From an uncultured Actinomycetes bacterium (GTDB taxonomy: Bacteria > Actinomycetota > Thermoleophilia > Gaiellales > Gaiellaceae): a DNA stretch of 64,000 nt. The stretch lies in contig CAWALC010000001.1 in assembly GCA_963782765.1 (NCBI GenBank), positions 323,451 to 387,450 of the forward strand. The letters are read 5' to 3'. Below, one piece after another: positions 1 through 9,156 of this stretch (positions are counted from its first letter, which is position 1; each line of letters starts with the position of its first letter). The notes under the pieces are model-generated. The model saw nothing but the letters and a program-made list of their open reading frames with translations. It was not told the DNA's origin and did no database searches. The position numbers were made by a program, and so were the translations under genes.

Positions 1-2
1 GC

Positions 3-1019
3 GTGCTGGGGGACGTGCTGCTGCAGCGCCGTGAACCAGATGGTGGCGGCGAAGGTGATCGCGGCCGAGGCGACCAGGGCGAACGCGGAGATCACCCGAA
101 CGGGCGCAGCGACCGCATAGGCGCTCAGCACGGGGACCCAGATCAGCAGCGAGAGGAAGGCTGCGACGAGTTGGCGGTCTGGCTGGAACTTGATGGCGGC
201 GAGGCTTCCGATCACCGAGCCGATGCCGGCGAACACGGTGATCGTCGCGAAGGCGGATGCACCGCCCAACTCCTCCTCGGCGATCAGCGGCCCGAGCACG
301 AAGAACGGCGCGAGGGCGGCGGCCTGGAAGAGCGCGAAGTGGCAGACGCAGACCCAGACCCAGGTCCTGCGCGTGAACTCGCTCCAGCCCTCTCGGAGAT
401 CGATGAGGAAGGCCTGCTTCGCCGGCTTGGTGAACGCGAGGCGCATCCGGAGCAGAAACACGGCGCTGACGCCGAACGTCGCCGCATCCACGGCGACCGC
501 CCACCCTGGGCTCGAGAGCGCGATGACGACCCCGGCGGCCGCCGGCCCCGCGATGGTCGTCGCGTTCCGGGAGAGCGACATCAGGCCGTTCGCCTGCTGA
601 AGCCGCGAGGGACGCACCGTCTGCGGGACGAGACCTTGCGAGGCGGGGCCGAAGAACGCCTCAGCCGCGCCGTAGACCCCGGCGAGCACCACGAGGTGCC
701 AGATCTCGGCGCGGCCGGTCAGCAGCAGGAGTGCCATCGCGGCCATGGCCAGGCCGCGTCCGATGTCCGACCCGAGCATGACGCGCTGCCGCGGCAGCCG
801 ATCGGCCCAGACGCCGGCGACGAGGAAGAGCGAGATGCTGGCGACCGCCCGGGCGGCGAGCACATACGCGAGTGCGGTCGCTGATTTCTCGATCGCGAGA
901 ACCGCGAACGCCAGGCCGATCACTCCGAACCGGTCGCCAAAGTCGGAGACGACCCGGCTCAGCCAGAGGAGCCGGAACTCGCGCTCCTCAAGCGGGCCCA
1001 GTCGTCCACGCAGGCTCAC
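3..1019 (-). CDS. MFS transporter (N-terminal part; gene continues past the left edge)
   Basis: Minus-strand frame is open from GTG (1019-1017) to the window edge. It is missing from the ORF track because it has no stop in the window. My translation VSLRGRLGPLEEREFRLLWLSRVVSDFGDRFGVIGLAFAVL...GVWADRLPRQRVML... shows serial hydrophobic helices and the MFS loop motif D-R-x-P-R-x. Confidence 0.75.
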   Translation of the reverse strand, partial: MSLRGRLGPLEEREFRLLWLSRVVSDFGDRFGVIGLAFAVLAIEKSATALAYVLAARAVASISLFLVAGVWADRLPRQRVMLGSDIGRGLAMAAMALLLLTGRAEIWHLVVLAGVYGAAEAFFGPASQGLVPQTVRPSRLQQANGLMSLSRNATTIAGPAAAGVVIALSSPGWAVAVDAATFGVSAVFLLRMRLAFTKPAKQAFLIDLREGWSEFTRRTWVWVCVCHFALFQAAALAPFFVLGPLIAEEELGGASAFATITVFAGIGSVIGSLAAIKFQPDRQLVAAFLSLLIWVPVLSAYAVAAPVRVISAFALVASAAITFAATIWFTALQQHVPQH

Positions 1020-1053
1020 CGCCCGACCCTAGCGCTATGGGTCGGCGATCAGA

Positions 1054-1221
1054 CTAGGAGGTCTCGGAAGACTCGGCCGCCTTGCGGTCCTCGGCGGTGC
1101 GCTCCGCCTTCCGCCGCGCCTCGTAGCGTTCGACCCATCTCCGAAAGATCTCGTCGCTGCGCTCGAAGTGCTCGCGGTGCCGCTCGAAGAACTCGCGACT
1201 ACTCCTCCGCTTCTTCCTCAT
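1054..1221 (-). CDS. small Lys/Arg/Glu-rich hypothetical protein (55 aa)
   Basis: ATG 1221 to TAG 1054 (MRKKRRSSREFFERHREHFERSDEIFRRWVERYEARRKAERTAEDRK...). A second short frame ending at 1199 (...IRGIWDIKMVLIELLEQLGEDEEEAEE*) overlaps it, so this could be one small gene with a frame error. No family recognised. Confidence 0.2.
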   Translation of the reverse strand: MRKKRRSSREFFERHREHFERSDEIFRRWVERYEARRKAERTAEDRKAAESSETS

Positions 1222-1461
1222 CTTCTCCCAGCTGTTCTAGCAGTTCGATCAGCACCATCTTGATGTCCCAGATGCCGCGGATGAGCGCGTCGACGTCTTC
1301 TCGCTCCCACACCGCCGCGACCGTTTGAAGTCTGCGTTTGGTCCATTGCTCTCGCCAGACGCCGTTCCGGCCCTGGCCGATCGGCGGGTTGCGCGCCGTC
1401 CGCCCGGTGGCCTACTCTCCGACTAGGCGCGCGCCGCCGAAGGTGCGCGTCGAGGCAATGG

Positions 1462-1495
1462 AGCCTCAGGACTCTCAGGAGCCCTGGGGCTTTTT
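1462..1495 (+). promoter_or_regulatory. terminator-like hairpin plus T-run in the glnA leader
   Basis: 1462-1470 AGCCTCAGG pairs with 1483-1491 CCTGGGGCT (9 bp, one G-U), with a 12-nt loop, followed by TTTT (1492-1495). It lies directly before the AAGGAGG RBS (1503-1509) and the glnA GTG (1516). No upstream plus-strand gene exists for it to terminate. Confidence 0.45.
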
Positions 1496-1515
1496 CGCGT
1501 TCAAGGAGGGAAGAC

Positions 1516-2964
1516 GTGAGCGAGATCGAGACGAGGCACTACCTGGCGAACGGGCAGAAGACGACGCCCGCGGCCAAGGAGGCGATCGCCTGGGCCGGCC
1601 AGACGCAGGCCCAGATGGTCGATTTGAAGTTCTGCGACCTGCTCGGGACCTGGCAGCACATGACCCTGCCGATCTCGGCCTTCGACGAGTCCTCGTTCGA
1701 CGACGGGCTCGGGTTCGACGGCTCCTCGATCCGCGGCTGGCAGGGGATCTCCGAGTCGGACATGCTGCTGATGCCGGACGCCGCGAGCGCGATCCTCGAT
1801 CCGTTCACGGAGGCGCCCACGCTCTCGATCCTGTGCGAGATCGCCGACCCGGTAACGCGCCAGCCGTACGGGCGCGACCCGCGCGGCGTCGCCCGGCGGG
1901 CCGAGGCGTACCTCGAGTCGAGCGGCATTGCCGACACCGCGTACTTCGGGCCCGAGTGCGAGTTCTTCATCCTCGACGAGGTCTCGTACGACCTCGGCCC
2001 GAACCACTCGCACTACGCGGTCGACTCGGCCGAGGGCCACTGGAACTCGGGCAAGCCCGGGCTCGGCTACACCGTCCGCGAGAAGGAGGGCTACTTTCCG
2101 CCCGCGCCTCACGACACGCTGCACGACCTCCGCACGCGGATGGTGCTGACGCTCGAGCGGCTGGGCATCCCGTGCGAGTTCCACCACCACGAGGTCGCGT
2201 CGGGCGGCCAGTGCGAGATCGACCTGAAGTACGGGCCGCTGACGCGCATGGCCGACCAGGTCATGACCTACAAGTACGTGGTCAAGAACGTCGCCCGCGC
2301 GGCGGGCAAGACGGTGACCTTCATGCCGAAGCCGCTCTTCGGTGACAACGGCTCGGGCATGCACTCCCACCAGTCGCTCTGGAAGGGCGGCGAGACGCTG
2401 ATGGCGGACGCCGACGGCTACGCCGGCCTGTCGGCGACGGCCCGCTCTTACATCGGCGGGCTCCTCGCGCACGCCCCGGCCCTGCTCGCCTTCTGCGCGC
2501 CGACGACGAACTCGTATCGCCGGCTGGTGCCGGGCTACGAGGCCCCCGTGAACCTCGTCTACTCGCAGCGGAACCGCTCGGCCTGCATCCGGATCCCGAT
2601 GTACTCCGAGGCGCCGAAGGCGAAGCGGATCGAGTTCCGGTGCCCGGACGCGGCGGCGAACCCGTACCTCGCCTTCGCGGCCATGCTGATGGCCGGCATC
2701 GACGGGATCGAGCGCGGCCTCGACCCCGGTGCCCCGGCCGACTACGACCTGTTCGAGGAGACTCACGAAGAGGTGCCGCAGGTGCCGTCGTCGCTCGGCG
2801 AGGCGCTCGACGCCCTCGAGGCGGATCACGAGTTCCTCACGAAGGGCGGCGTCTTCAGCGAGGAGCTGGTCCGCACCTGGATCGACTACAAGCGCGAGAA
2901 CGAGGTCGACGTCGTCCGGCTCCGCCCGCACCCGGCCGAGTTCAGCCTCTACTTCGACTGCTAG
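1516..2964 (+). CDS. glnA: glutamine synthetase, type I
   Basis: 482-aa ORF with a GTG start after AAGGAGG. GS-I motifs are present: [41 protein letters not shown] Tyr sits in the adenylylation-loop position (PADYDLFEE). Confidence 0.97.
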   Translation: MSEIETRHYLANGQKTTPAAKEAIAWAGQTQAQMVDLKFCDLLGTWQHMTLPISAFDESSFDDGLGFDGSSIRGWQGISESDMLLMPDAASAILDPFTEAPTLSILCEIADPVTRQPYGRDPRGVARRAEAYLESSGIADTAYFGPECEFFILDEVSYDLGPNHSHYAVDSAEGHWNSGKPGLGYTVREKEGYFPPAPHDTLHDLRTRMVLTLERLGIPCEFHHHEVASGGQCEIDLKYGPLTRMADQVMTYKYVVKNVARAAGKTVTFMPKPLFGDNGSGMHSHQSLWKGGETLMADADGYAGLSATARSYIGGLLAHAPALLAFCAPTTNSYRRLVPGYEAPVNLVYSQRNRSACIRIPMYSEAPKAKRIEFRCPDAAANPYLAFAAMLMAGIDGIERGLDPGAPADYDLFEETHEEVPQVPSSLGEALDALEADHEFLTKGGVFSEELVRTWIDYKRENEVDVVRLRPHPAEFSLYFDC

Positions 2965-3378
2965 TTGCCGTCGTTTGCGGTCAAGCGGCTCGACGAGATC
3001 CCCGGGGTGCCCGATTCGGACCCCGGGGATCCGGACTGGAAGCCGCTCCGCCACCACTTCGGCCTCGAGGCGTTCGGCGCGAACGCGTTCCTTCAGGCCG
3101 AGGCCGGCGGCAGGCTGATCGACGACCACCTCGAGACAGACACTCGGCACCAGGAGCTCTACGTCGTGCTGGCGGGGCGGGCGGAGTTCACCGTCGACGG
3201 CGAGCCGTTCGACTGCCCGGCGGGAACCTGCGTGGCAGTCCTCGATCCCGAGGTGAGGCGAAGCGCAATCACCGTCGATCCTGGGACTTCGGTGCTCGTG
3301 ATCGGCGGGACCCCGGGTCAGCCCTACGAGATCTCGATGTGGGACACGAAATGGACGAGCGGATTGGAGCCGGCATGA
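2965..3378 (+). CDS. cupin-domain protein of unknown function
   Basis: 137-aa ORF whose TTG start directly abuts the glnA TAG. Its stop overlaps the next start (ATGA). Size and beta-rich pattern are cupin-like (HQELYVVLAGRAEFTVDGEPFDCPAGTCVAV). Confidence 0.7.
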   Translation: MPSFAVKRLDEIPGVPDSDPGDPDWKPLRHHFGLEAFGANAFLQAEAGGRLIDDHLETDTRHQELYVVLAGRAEFTVDGEPFDCPAGTCVAVLDPEVRRSAITVDPGTSVLVIGGTPGQPYEISMWDTKWTSGLEPA

Positions 3379-3725
3379 TCAAAGTCGAGGCAGTCGTCAT
3401 CCGTGAGCGCGTCGAGACCGTGATCGACGCGGTCGAGGAGCAGACCGGGCACGTCGGAGTCACCGTGGTCGAGGCGATCGGCCACGGACGCCAGCGCGGG
3501 ATCACGCACGAGTACCGCGGCCGCACGTTCGAGTCGCGGTTCCTGCCCAAGGCCGTCCTGACCTTCGTCGTCGCCGAGGAGATCGCCCACGGCGTGGTCG
3601 CGGCGGTCGCCGATGCCGCGCGGAGCGGCAACGAGTCGGGCGACGGGATCGTGTGGACGACGCCGGTCGGCAACGTCACTCACAACCGAACCGGAATGAG
3701 GCTGGAGGAGGTGGAGCGCGTATGA
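3375..3725 (+). CDS. glnK: P-II nitrogen regulatory protein
   Basis: Internal ATG at 3375 within ORF 2640..3725. MIKVEAVVIRERVETVIDAVEE...GHGRQRGITHEYRGRTFESRFLPK... matches the P-II fold, with the T-loop Tyr in EYRG and the GDGIVW B-loop. It sits next to amtB. Confidence 0.93.
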   Translation: MIKVEAVVIRERVETVIDAVEEQTGHVGVTVVEAIGHGRQRGITHEYRGRTFESRFLPKAVLTFVVAEEIAHGVVAAVADAARSGNESGDGIVWTTPVGNVTHNRTGMRLEEVERV

Positions 3726-5122
3726 CGACCGAGGAACTGGTCATCGCCGCGAGCACGGTCTGGGTCGTCCTCGCCGCAGTTCTGGTCATGTTCATGCAGG
3801 CCGGCTTCGCGTTCCTCGAGGCGGGCCTGACGCGGATGAAGAACGCCGGGCACATCGCCGCCAAGAACGTGCTCGTGCTCGGGATCGCGTCGCTCGTCTA
3901 CTACGTCGTCGGCTTCGGGATCGCGTTCGGCGACGGCGGGAACGGGCTCGTCGGCGGCTCCGGATTCGCGCCCTCGTCGGAGGAGCTGCTTGCAATTGGC
4001 GCCGAGCCGTTCGCGTGGTTCGGCTCGGTCCCTGCCGGCGCCGCGTACTTCTTCCAGGTCGTCTTCGCCGCGGTCTCGCTCGCCATCGTCTGGGGCGCAA
4101 TGGCGGAACGGACAAGGCTGTGGGTCTACTTCGCGTTCGGCGTCGTCTTCACGCTCGTCTACTCGGTCGTCTCGCACTGGATCTGGCACCCGGACGGCTG
4201 GCTCTTCGCGATGGGGATGCAGGACTTCGCCGGCTCGACGGTCGTCCACTACCAGGGCGCGCTCGCCGCGCTGGCCGGGGCGCTGCTGCTGGGGCCGCGG
4301 ATCGGCAAGTTCGACGCCGACGGGAGGCCGAACGCGATCCCCGGCCACAACATGGCGTTCGTCACGCTCGGCGTCTTGATCCTCTGGTTCGGCTGGTTCG
4401 GGTTCAACCCGGGCTCGACGCTCGGCGTCGTCACCGGCGAGCGGATCGGCTACTTCGCCTACGTCGCGCTGACGACGAACGTCGCGGCCGCAGCCGGCGC
4501 GATCGGCGCGGTCACCGCCGCCTGGATCGTGCTGCGGAAGCCCGACCTCTCGATGATGCTCAACGGCGTGATCGCTGCGCTCGTCGCGGTGACTGCGGCC
4601 GCGGGTTTCGTCGCGCCGTGGGCGGCGATCGTGATCGGCCTCGTCGCGGGCGTGATCGCCGTGCTGGGCGTCCTGCTCGTCGAGCGGATCCGGATCGACG
4701 ACCCGATCGGCGCCGTCGCCGTCCACGGGATGGCGGGCGTGTGGGGGACGCTCGCGACCGGGATCTTCGCGGTGCCGGCGCTGGCGGAGAACCTTGCGAC
4801 GGGCACGGGCGGGCTCGTGTACACGGGGAGCTTCGACCAGCTCGGGACGCAGGCCCTCGGGCTGCTCGCCGTCGGCCTGTTCACGTTCAGCGCGTCGTTC
4901 GGGTCGCTCTGGGCGATGAAGGCGCTGTGGGGGATCAGGGTCGAGCCCGAGGTCGAGACGGCCGGACTGGACGTGTCCGAGCACGGCATGTGGGGCTATC
5001 CCGAGTTCTACATCCCGGTCCCGGGCGGGTACGGAACCGAGGCGCATTCGCATCTGATCGGCCGTCGTCCCGCACCTGAGCCGAGTCCGCTGCCGATCGT
5101 CGAGACCGAAGCAGCGGCTTGA
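3722..5122 (+). CDS. amtB: ammonium transporter
   Basis: ATG 3722 overlaps the glnK TGA (ATGA). Polytopic Amt family sequence (FMQAGFAFLEAG, GSTVVHYQGALAALAGALLLGPR, VAVHGMAGVWGTLATGIF). The track start at 3653 is judged too early. Confidence 0.95.
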   Translation: MTTEELVIAASTVWVVLAAVLVMFMQAGFAFLEAGLTRMKNAGHIAAKNVLVLGIASLVYYVVGFGIAFGDGGNGLVGGSGFAPSSEELLAIGAEPFAWFGSVPAGAAYFFQVVFAAVSLAIVWGAMAERTRLWVYFAFGVVFTLVYSVVSHWIWHPDGWLFAMGMQDFAGSTVVHYQGALAALAGALLLGPRIGKFDADGRPNAIPGHNMAFVTLGVLILWFGWFGFNPGSTLGVVTGERIGYFAYVALTTNVAAAAGAIGAVTAAWIVLRKPDLSMMLNGVIAALVAVTAAAGFVAPWAAIVIGLVAGVIAVLGVLLVERIRIDDPIGAVAVHGMAGVWGTLATGIFAVPALAENLATGTGGLVYTGSFDQLGTQALGLLAVGLFTFSASFGSLWAMKALWGIRVEPEVETAGLDVSEHGMWGYPEFYIPVPGGYGTEAHSHLIGRRPAPEPSPLPIVETEAAA

Positions 5123-5683
5123 TCAGGCGCTGTTCCGGTAGTGGAGTTGAACCACGCCGTTGCCGAAGCGTCGTTCGCCGAGGAGCTCGAGGTCTAGGCG
5201 GACCTTGCGGGGGAGGGCCTGCTTCCCGCCTCCGACCACGACCGGCGCGACGAAGAAGTGGTACTCGTCGACCAGGCCTGCCTTGATCGCGTGGGAAGCG
5301 AGCTCGGGGCCGCCCACGCTCATGTCGCGCGCCGCTTCGGCTTTCATCTGACCGACCGCTTCGACGTCGAAGTCAGGCTCGATCCGCGTTCTGGCGCTCG
5401 ACACCGTCGCCAGGGTCCTCGAGTAGACGATCTTGTCGGCTGCCTGCCAGATCTCCGCGTAGTCCTTGATGAACGGCGGCTGGTCGGGCAGCGTGTGTGC
5501 GGTCTCCCAGTAGGCCATGACCTCGTACATCCGGCGGCCGTAGAGGTAGGTGCCGATCGGCCGCTCGAGCTCGTTGACGAAGCGGTGCACCTCCTCGTCC
5601 GGCGCGGCCCACTCGAAGTTGCCGCTCTCGTCCGCCACATAGCCGTCAAGCGACGTGAGGGCCGAGTAGATCAGCCTGGCCAT
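5123..5683 (-). CDS. dihydrofolate reductase-like protein (RibD C-terminal domain family)
   Basis: Internal ATG (5683-5681) of ORF 5123..6139. MARLIYSALTSLDGYVADESGNFEWAAPDEEVHRFVNE...VGGPELASHAIKAGLVDEYHFFVAPVVVGGGKQALP is typical of this family. Confidence 0.8.
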   Translation of the reverse strand: MARLIYSALTSLDGYVADESGNFEWAAPDEEVHRFVNELERPIGTYLYGRRMYEVMAYWETAHTLPDQPPFIKDYAEIWQAADKIVYSRTLATVSSARTRIEPDFDVEAVGQMKAEAARDMSVGGPELASHAIKAGLVDEYHFFVAPVVVGGGKQALPRKVRLDLELLGERRFGNGVVQLHYRNSA

Positions 5684-5697
5684 CGGCCCGAGGCGGC

Positions 5698-6228
5698 TTA
5701 GCTTCCCGGAAGCCAGCCGTCGCGATAGCGCGAGGGCTCGGACTCCGGGAACGTCTGCTCGTCGCTCGCGCCGTAGCGGCCCGCGACCTCGTTCGTCGTG
5801 TACTCGCCGTAGGGCCCGAATGCCTGGTTCTCGCGCGAGCTCATCGCCAGGACCACGCAGGGACCGTCTCCGGCTCCGACGATCACGTGCTCGGTCTTGG
5901 GGGGACAGTGGGCGAAGTCCCACTGGCGAAGCGATCGTTCCTGGCCCTCGACGATCAGCAGGGCCTCGCCGGAGAGGACGAGAAAGGCCTCGGTCTCCGT
6001 CTCCCAGTGGTACGTCGAGTTGGGCTCGCCCGGCTCGAGCACTGCCAGTTGGACCCCGAGCATCGGGAAGAGCGTGTCGGCCTCCCATTCCGTCTTGCCG
6101 GTAAGCGACACGCTCTGTCGCCCCGGCCGGTGGTTCCACCGCAGGTCGCGGGCGTTCACGACGAACCAGCCGGCGCTCGCCGGCCAGAGCCCGGTGTCGG
6201 TCTCCTCGAGCTTCGCCTCGGGAATCAC
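5698..6228 (-). CDS. cupin-domain protein
   Basis: 176-aa ORF with a cupin core: YHWETETEAFLVLSGEALLIVEGQERSLRQWDFAHCPPKTEHVIVG. Confidence 0.75.
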   Translation of the reverse strand: MIPEAKLEETDTGLWPASAGWFVVNARDLRWNHRPGRQSVSLTGKTEWEADTLFPMLGVQLAVLEPGEPNSTYHWETETEAFLVLSGEALLIVEGQERSLRQWDFAHCPPKTEHVIVGAGDGPCVVLAMSSRENQAFGPYGEYTTNEVAGRYGASDEQTFPESEPSRYRDGWLPGS

Positions 6229-6298
6229 GACTCGATGATAGAGAGCGGCTCAGCCTCTCCCCATGGTGGAACCGTGTGAGGGAACAGAAAGGAGAGGC

Positions 6299-6649
6299 GT
6301 GTCACCGATCACGATGACCGAGATCGCCACGTATGAGGCGAACGTAGTTTCACGGACCGAGCCCAATCAGCTTGCGGCCACGGTCTGGCTGTACGAGGCA
6401 GACCGCAGCCTGATTGCGTTCCTAAGGTTCTATCGCGCCGGGATCGCCATGGCCGCGAACGAGTACCGGCAGGACTTGAACGCCGCCCTTGTCAGCTACC
6501 GCCTCGACGCCCTGCCACCGATCGTCGACGTCCTTCGCAACGAGAAGCCGGTGTACTTCACCTGGTTCGACTACTCGGCCGGAGTACCGGGCCGTATGTT
6601 CGGCGTCGTCGGAACCTCGTCGTCCGAACCGGTGGGCGAGCAGGAGTAG
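6299..6649 (+). CDS. hypothetical protein
   Basis: GTG at 6299 is preceded by AAAGGAGAGG (6289-6298), in frame with track ORF 6263..6649. No family recognised. Local GC is visibly lower than in neighbouring genes. Confidence 0.5.
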   Translation: MSPITMTEIATYEANVVSRTEPNQLAATVWLYEADRSLIAFLRFYRAGIAMAANEYRQDLNAALVSYRLDALPPIVDVLRNEKPVYFTWFDYSAGVPGRMFGVVGTSSSEPVGEQE

Positions 6650-6657
6650 CCGGGTCG

Positions 6658-7362
6658 CTACTCGATCGCGAAGGTGACCGTCACCGTTGCTTGGATCTCC
6701 TGCGTTCCTTTCTCGATCGGAGGTGACGACGCGGCATCCGCGGCCCGGGCCAGGAGCTCCGGCCCTCCCATCGAGGGCGTCTCGCTGATAGCGGTCACCG
6801 TGCCGAGGTCGACGCCGGCGGCGTCCGCCAGGGTCTCAGCCCGCTTGCGTGCGCTCGCGACCGCGTCCTCCAGCGCCTTGGCCTCGAGCCCCTCGCGGTT
6901 CGAGCGTGTCAGCGACGGTCCGTAGACGTTGTTCGCTCCGGCCTTGGCGGCGGCATCCAGCACGGCTCCCGCTCGGTCGAGGTCGCGGATCAGGACGGAG
7001 ACTGTGTTGCTGGCCACGAAGTCGTCCGACCGCCCCGTCTCGTCGTAGTCCGACCCGACGCTGACGTCCTGCGTCTGGATGTCGCGCTCGGCGACACCGG
7101 CCGCCTTCAGCGCTGCGATCAGCTCCCGCATGCGCCCCGCGTTGGCCGCGAGTGCTGCCCGAGCCGTGCCTCCCTCTGTCGTGATCCCGAGCGAGAACTC
7201 GGCCTCGTCGGGCACGGTATTGACCCGTCCCACTCCCGTGACGGTGATCCCTTCGCGTGCGTCTTCGCTCGCGCTCTCGGCGGCCTCCGGACGGCCGACT
7301 CCCGAGAACGCCGCGATCGCGAGCACGACGAGGGCTGCGATGACGATTCTCAATGTCTTCAT
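6658..7362 (-). CDS. SIMPL-domain (DUF541) secreted protein
   Basis: 234-aa ORF with a signal peptide (MKTLRIVIAALVVLAIAAFSG). The pattern GITVTGVGRVNTVPDEAEFSLGI...ATVTVTFAIE is typical of the SIMPL / 26-kDa periplasmic protein family. Confidence 0.75.
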   Translation of the reverse strand: MKTLRIVIAALVVLAIAAFSGVGRPEAAESASEDAREGITVTGVGRVNTVPDEAEFSLGITTEGGTARAALAANAGRMRELIAALKAAGVAERDIQTQDVSVGSDYDETGRSDDFVASNTVSVLIRDLDRAGAVLDAAAKAGANNVYGPSLTRSNREGLEAKALEDAVASARKRAETLADAAGVDLGTVTAISETPSMGGPELLARAADAASSPPIEKGTQEIQATVTVTFAIE

Positions 7363-7405
7363 GCACTGAATACGCCGCCGCGCGCCCGCCCGTCACAATC
7401 GCCGC

Positions 7406-8110
7406 GTGCGCTACCAGTTCGTCGACTGCCGTTTCGAGCTGGGCTCGCCCGGTCGAGGCCGGGAGCTCTACCTCGCGGGGCACATCCCAGGCGCGTCGTT
7501 CCTCGACGTGGACGAGGACCTCTCGGACCTGTCCGTCGAGGGTCAGGGCCGGCATCCGCTGCCGTCGGCGCGGCGCTTCGCCGAGGCTGCGAGCCGAGCG
7601 GGAATCGAGCAGGGCGTCTACGTCGTCGCCTACGGGAGCATGGGCGGCGCCGAGCGGCTCTGGTGGCTCCTTCGGCACTTCGGCCACGACGAGTGCGGCG
7701 TCCTGGCCGGCGGCATCGAGGGGTGGCTCGGAGCGCTCCGGGCGGGCGAGGAGGAGATCGAGCCGGGCACGTTCGCGCCGGCCGAGCGGAGCGGCGACAC
7801 GGTCGACGGGCCGGAGCTCGCCTCGCGCTTGGACGACTTCGTCCTCGTCGACGCGCGCATCGCCTCCCGTTGGCGCGGTGAAGAGAATCCGATCGACAAG
7901 GTGCCCGGCCGGATCCCCGGCGCCCTCAACGCACCGTGGAACGAGCCGCTGCGCGAGCTCCCCGACGGCCAGCTGGTCGCCTACTGCGGCTCGGGCGTCA
8001 CCGCGTCGGTCGTCGTCCACCGCCTCTGGCTCGCCGGGCGCGAGGCGTTGCTCTACCCGGGCTCGTGGAGCCAGTGGGAGACGCTCGACCTCCCGGTCGA
8101 GCGGGACTAG
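7406..8110 (+). CDS. thiosulfate/3-mercaptopyruvate sulfurtransferase (tandem rhodanese)
   Basis: 234-aa ORF. YLAGHIPGASFLDVD in domain 1 and the active-site loop YCGSGVTASV in domain 2. Confidence 0.85.
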   Translation: MRYQFVDCRFELGSPGRGRELYLAGHIPGASFLDVDEDLSDLSVEGQGRHPLPSARRFAEAASRAGIEQGVYVVAYGSMGGAERLWWLLRHFGHDECGVLAGGIEGWLGALRAGEEEIEPGTFAPAERSGDTVDGPELASRLDDFVLVDARIASRWRGEENPIDKVPGRIPGALNAPWNEPLRELPDGQLVAYCGSGVTASVVVHRLWLAGREALLYPGSWSQWETLDLPVERD

Positions 8111-8625
8111 GCGGCCGTTGCTTCGCCCAGATCGGGTAAGTAGGGGCGCCAGCCGGCCGGGATCCTCGGCGTCGCGAGCCGGATGTACAGCACCGGCTGC
8201 GGGATCCGCGGCTTCGTTCGGAGCACCATCTCGATCTCGTGCAGGAGCCGGTTGCCCTTCTTCAGGTTGCAGGGCGCACACGACGTGACCACGTTCTCCC
8301 AGACGGAATCGCCCCCTCGGCTCCGCGGGACGATGTGGTCGAGCGTCAGCCTGCCGGTGGACGTCCCGCAGTAGCCGCAGCGCCAGCCGTCCCGCGCGAA
8401 CAGGGCCCGCCGGGAGATCTTCCGCTGGACGGTGCGCGGCACCGAGACGTAGGTCACGAGCCGGATCACGTGCGGCCACTGGTACGTGTCGGTCGCGGAG
8501 CGGAGCGGCTGCTCGAGCGCCTCGACGACCTCGGCCTTGCCCTTGAAGACGAGCACATGCGCACGCCGAACCGACGTCACGTTCAACGCCTCGTAGCTCG
8601 CATTCAGCACCAGCACCTGCTTCAT
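8107..8625 (-). CDS. HNH endonuclease
   Basis: MKQVLVLNASYEAL...GWRCGYCGTSTGRLTLDHIVPRSRGGDSVWENVVTSCAPCNLKKGN (HNH/zinc motif). ATG 8625 is preferred over the TTG at 8637 used by the track. Confidence 0.85.
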   Translation of the reverse strand: MKQVLVLNASYEALNVTSVRRAHVLVFKGKAEVVEALEQPLRSATDTYQWPHVIRLVTYVSVPRTVQRKISRRALFARDGWRCGYCGTSTGRLTLDHIVPRSRGGDSVWENVVTSCAPCNLKKGNRLLHEIEMVLRTKPRIPQPVLYIRLATPRIPAGWRPYLPDLGEATAA

Positions 8626-8671
8626 AACCGTCCTCAAACGATAGCCATGTCACTCTAGGATCTGCGCCGGA

Positions 8672-9154
8672 ATGGACGTCTCCTCTTCGACGGCGGCCTG
8701 GATCGCCATCGCCTCCTGTGCCGTTGCCGGGATCGCGCTCCTCGTCGTCCTCTGGCTCTTCACACGCCTCCGCCGGATACGCGAGGCGCAGATGACGCTG
8801 CTCGGCGGCGGCAAGGCCGACCTCGTCGACTTCGCCGTCTCGCTCCAGGCCCGGATCGACGACCTGCACCGCGCCGTGGACGAGGTCGCCGGCGGCCTGG
8901 CCCGCGTCGACCGTCGGGTGGACGGCGCCGTCACGAACACGTCGGTGATCCGCTACGACGCCTACGAAGGCGCCGGCGGCCACCAGTCCGCGTCGCTCGC
9001 CTTTCTGGACGCGGCCCGTTCCGGGGTCGTCGTCAGCGCGATCCAGGGCCGCGACTACGCCCGGATCTACGTGAAGGAGCTCGACCACGGCAAGGCCCCT
9101 GTGGCCCTGTCCCCGGAAGAGCAGGAAGCCGTCGAGCGGGCGATGGCCCGCTGA
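8672..9154 (+). CDS. DUF4446-like membrane-anchored protein
   Basis: 160-aa ORF with an N-terminal TM segment, then ...IRYDAYEGAGGHQSASLAFLDAARSGVVVSAIQGRDYARIYVKEL..., which I recognise as DUF4446-type. Confidence 0.6.
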   Translation: MDVSSSTAAWIAIASCAVAGIALLVVLWLFTRLRRIREAQMTLLGGGKADLVDFAVSLQARIDDLHRAVDEVAGGLARVDRRVDGAVTNTSVIRYDAYEGAGGHQSASLAFLDAARSGVVVSAIQGRDYARIYVKELDHGKAPVALSPEEQEAVERAMAR

Positions 9155-9156
9155 CG

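Noticed and set aside
1501-3150. 549-aa minus-strand ORF. Similar long ORFs include 6836..9196(-), 14079..15965(-), 35169..36866(-), 44070..46028(+), 56677..58476(+) and 61544..63484(-).
   Set aside because: They lie antisense to, or out of frame with, genes that have clear family motifs. Their translations are Arg/Pro/Ala/Gly/Asp low-complexity strings, typical of stop-poor alternative frames in GC-rich DNA.
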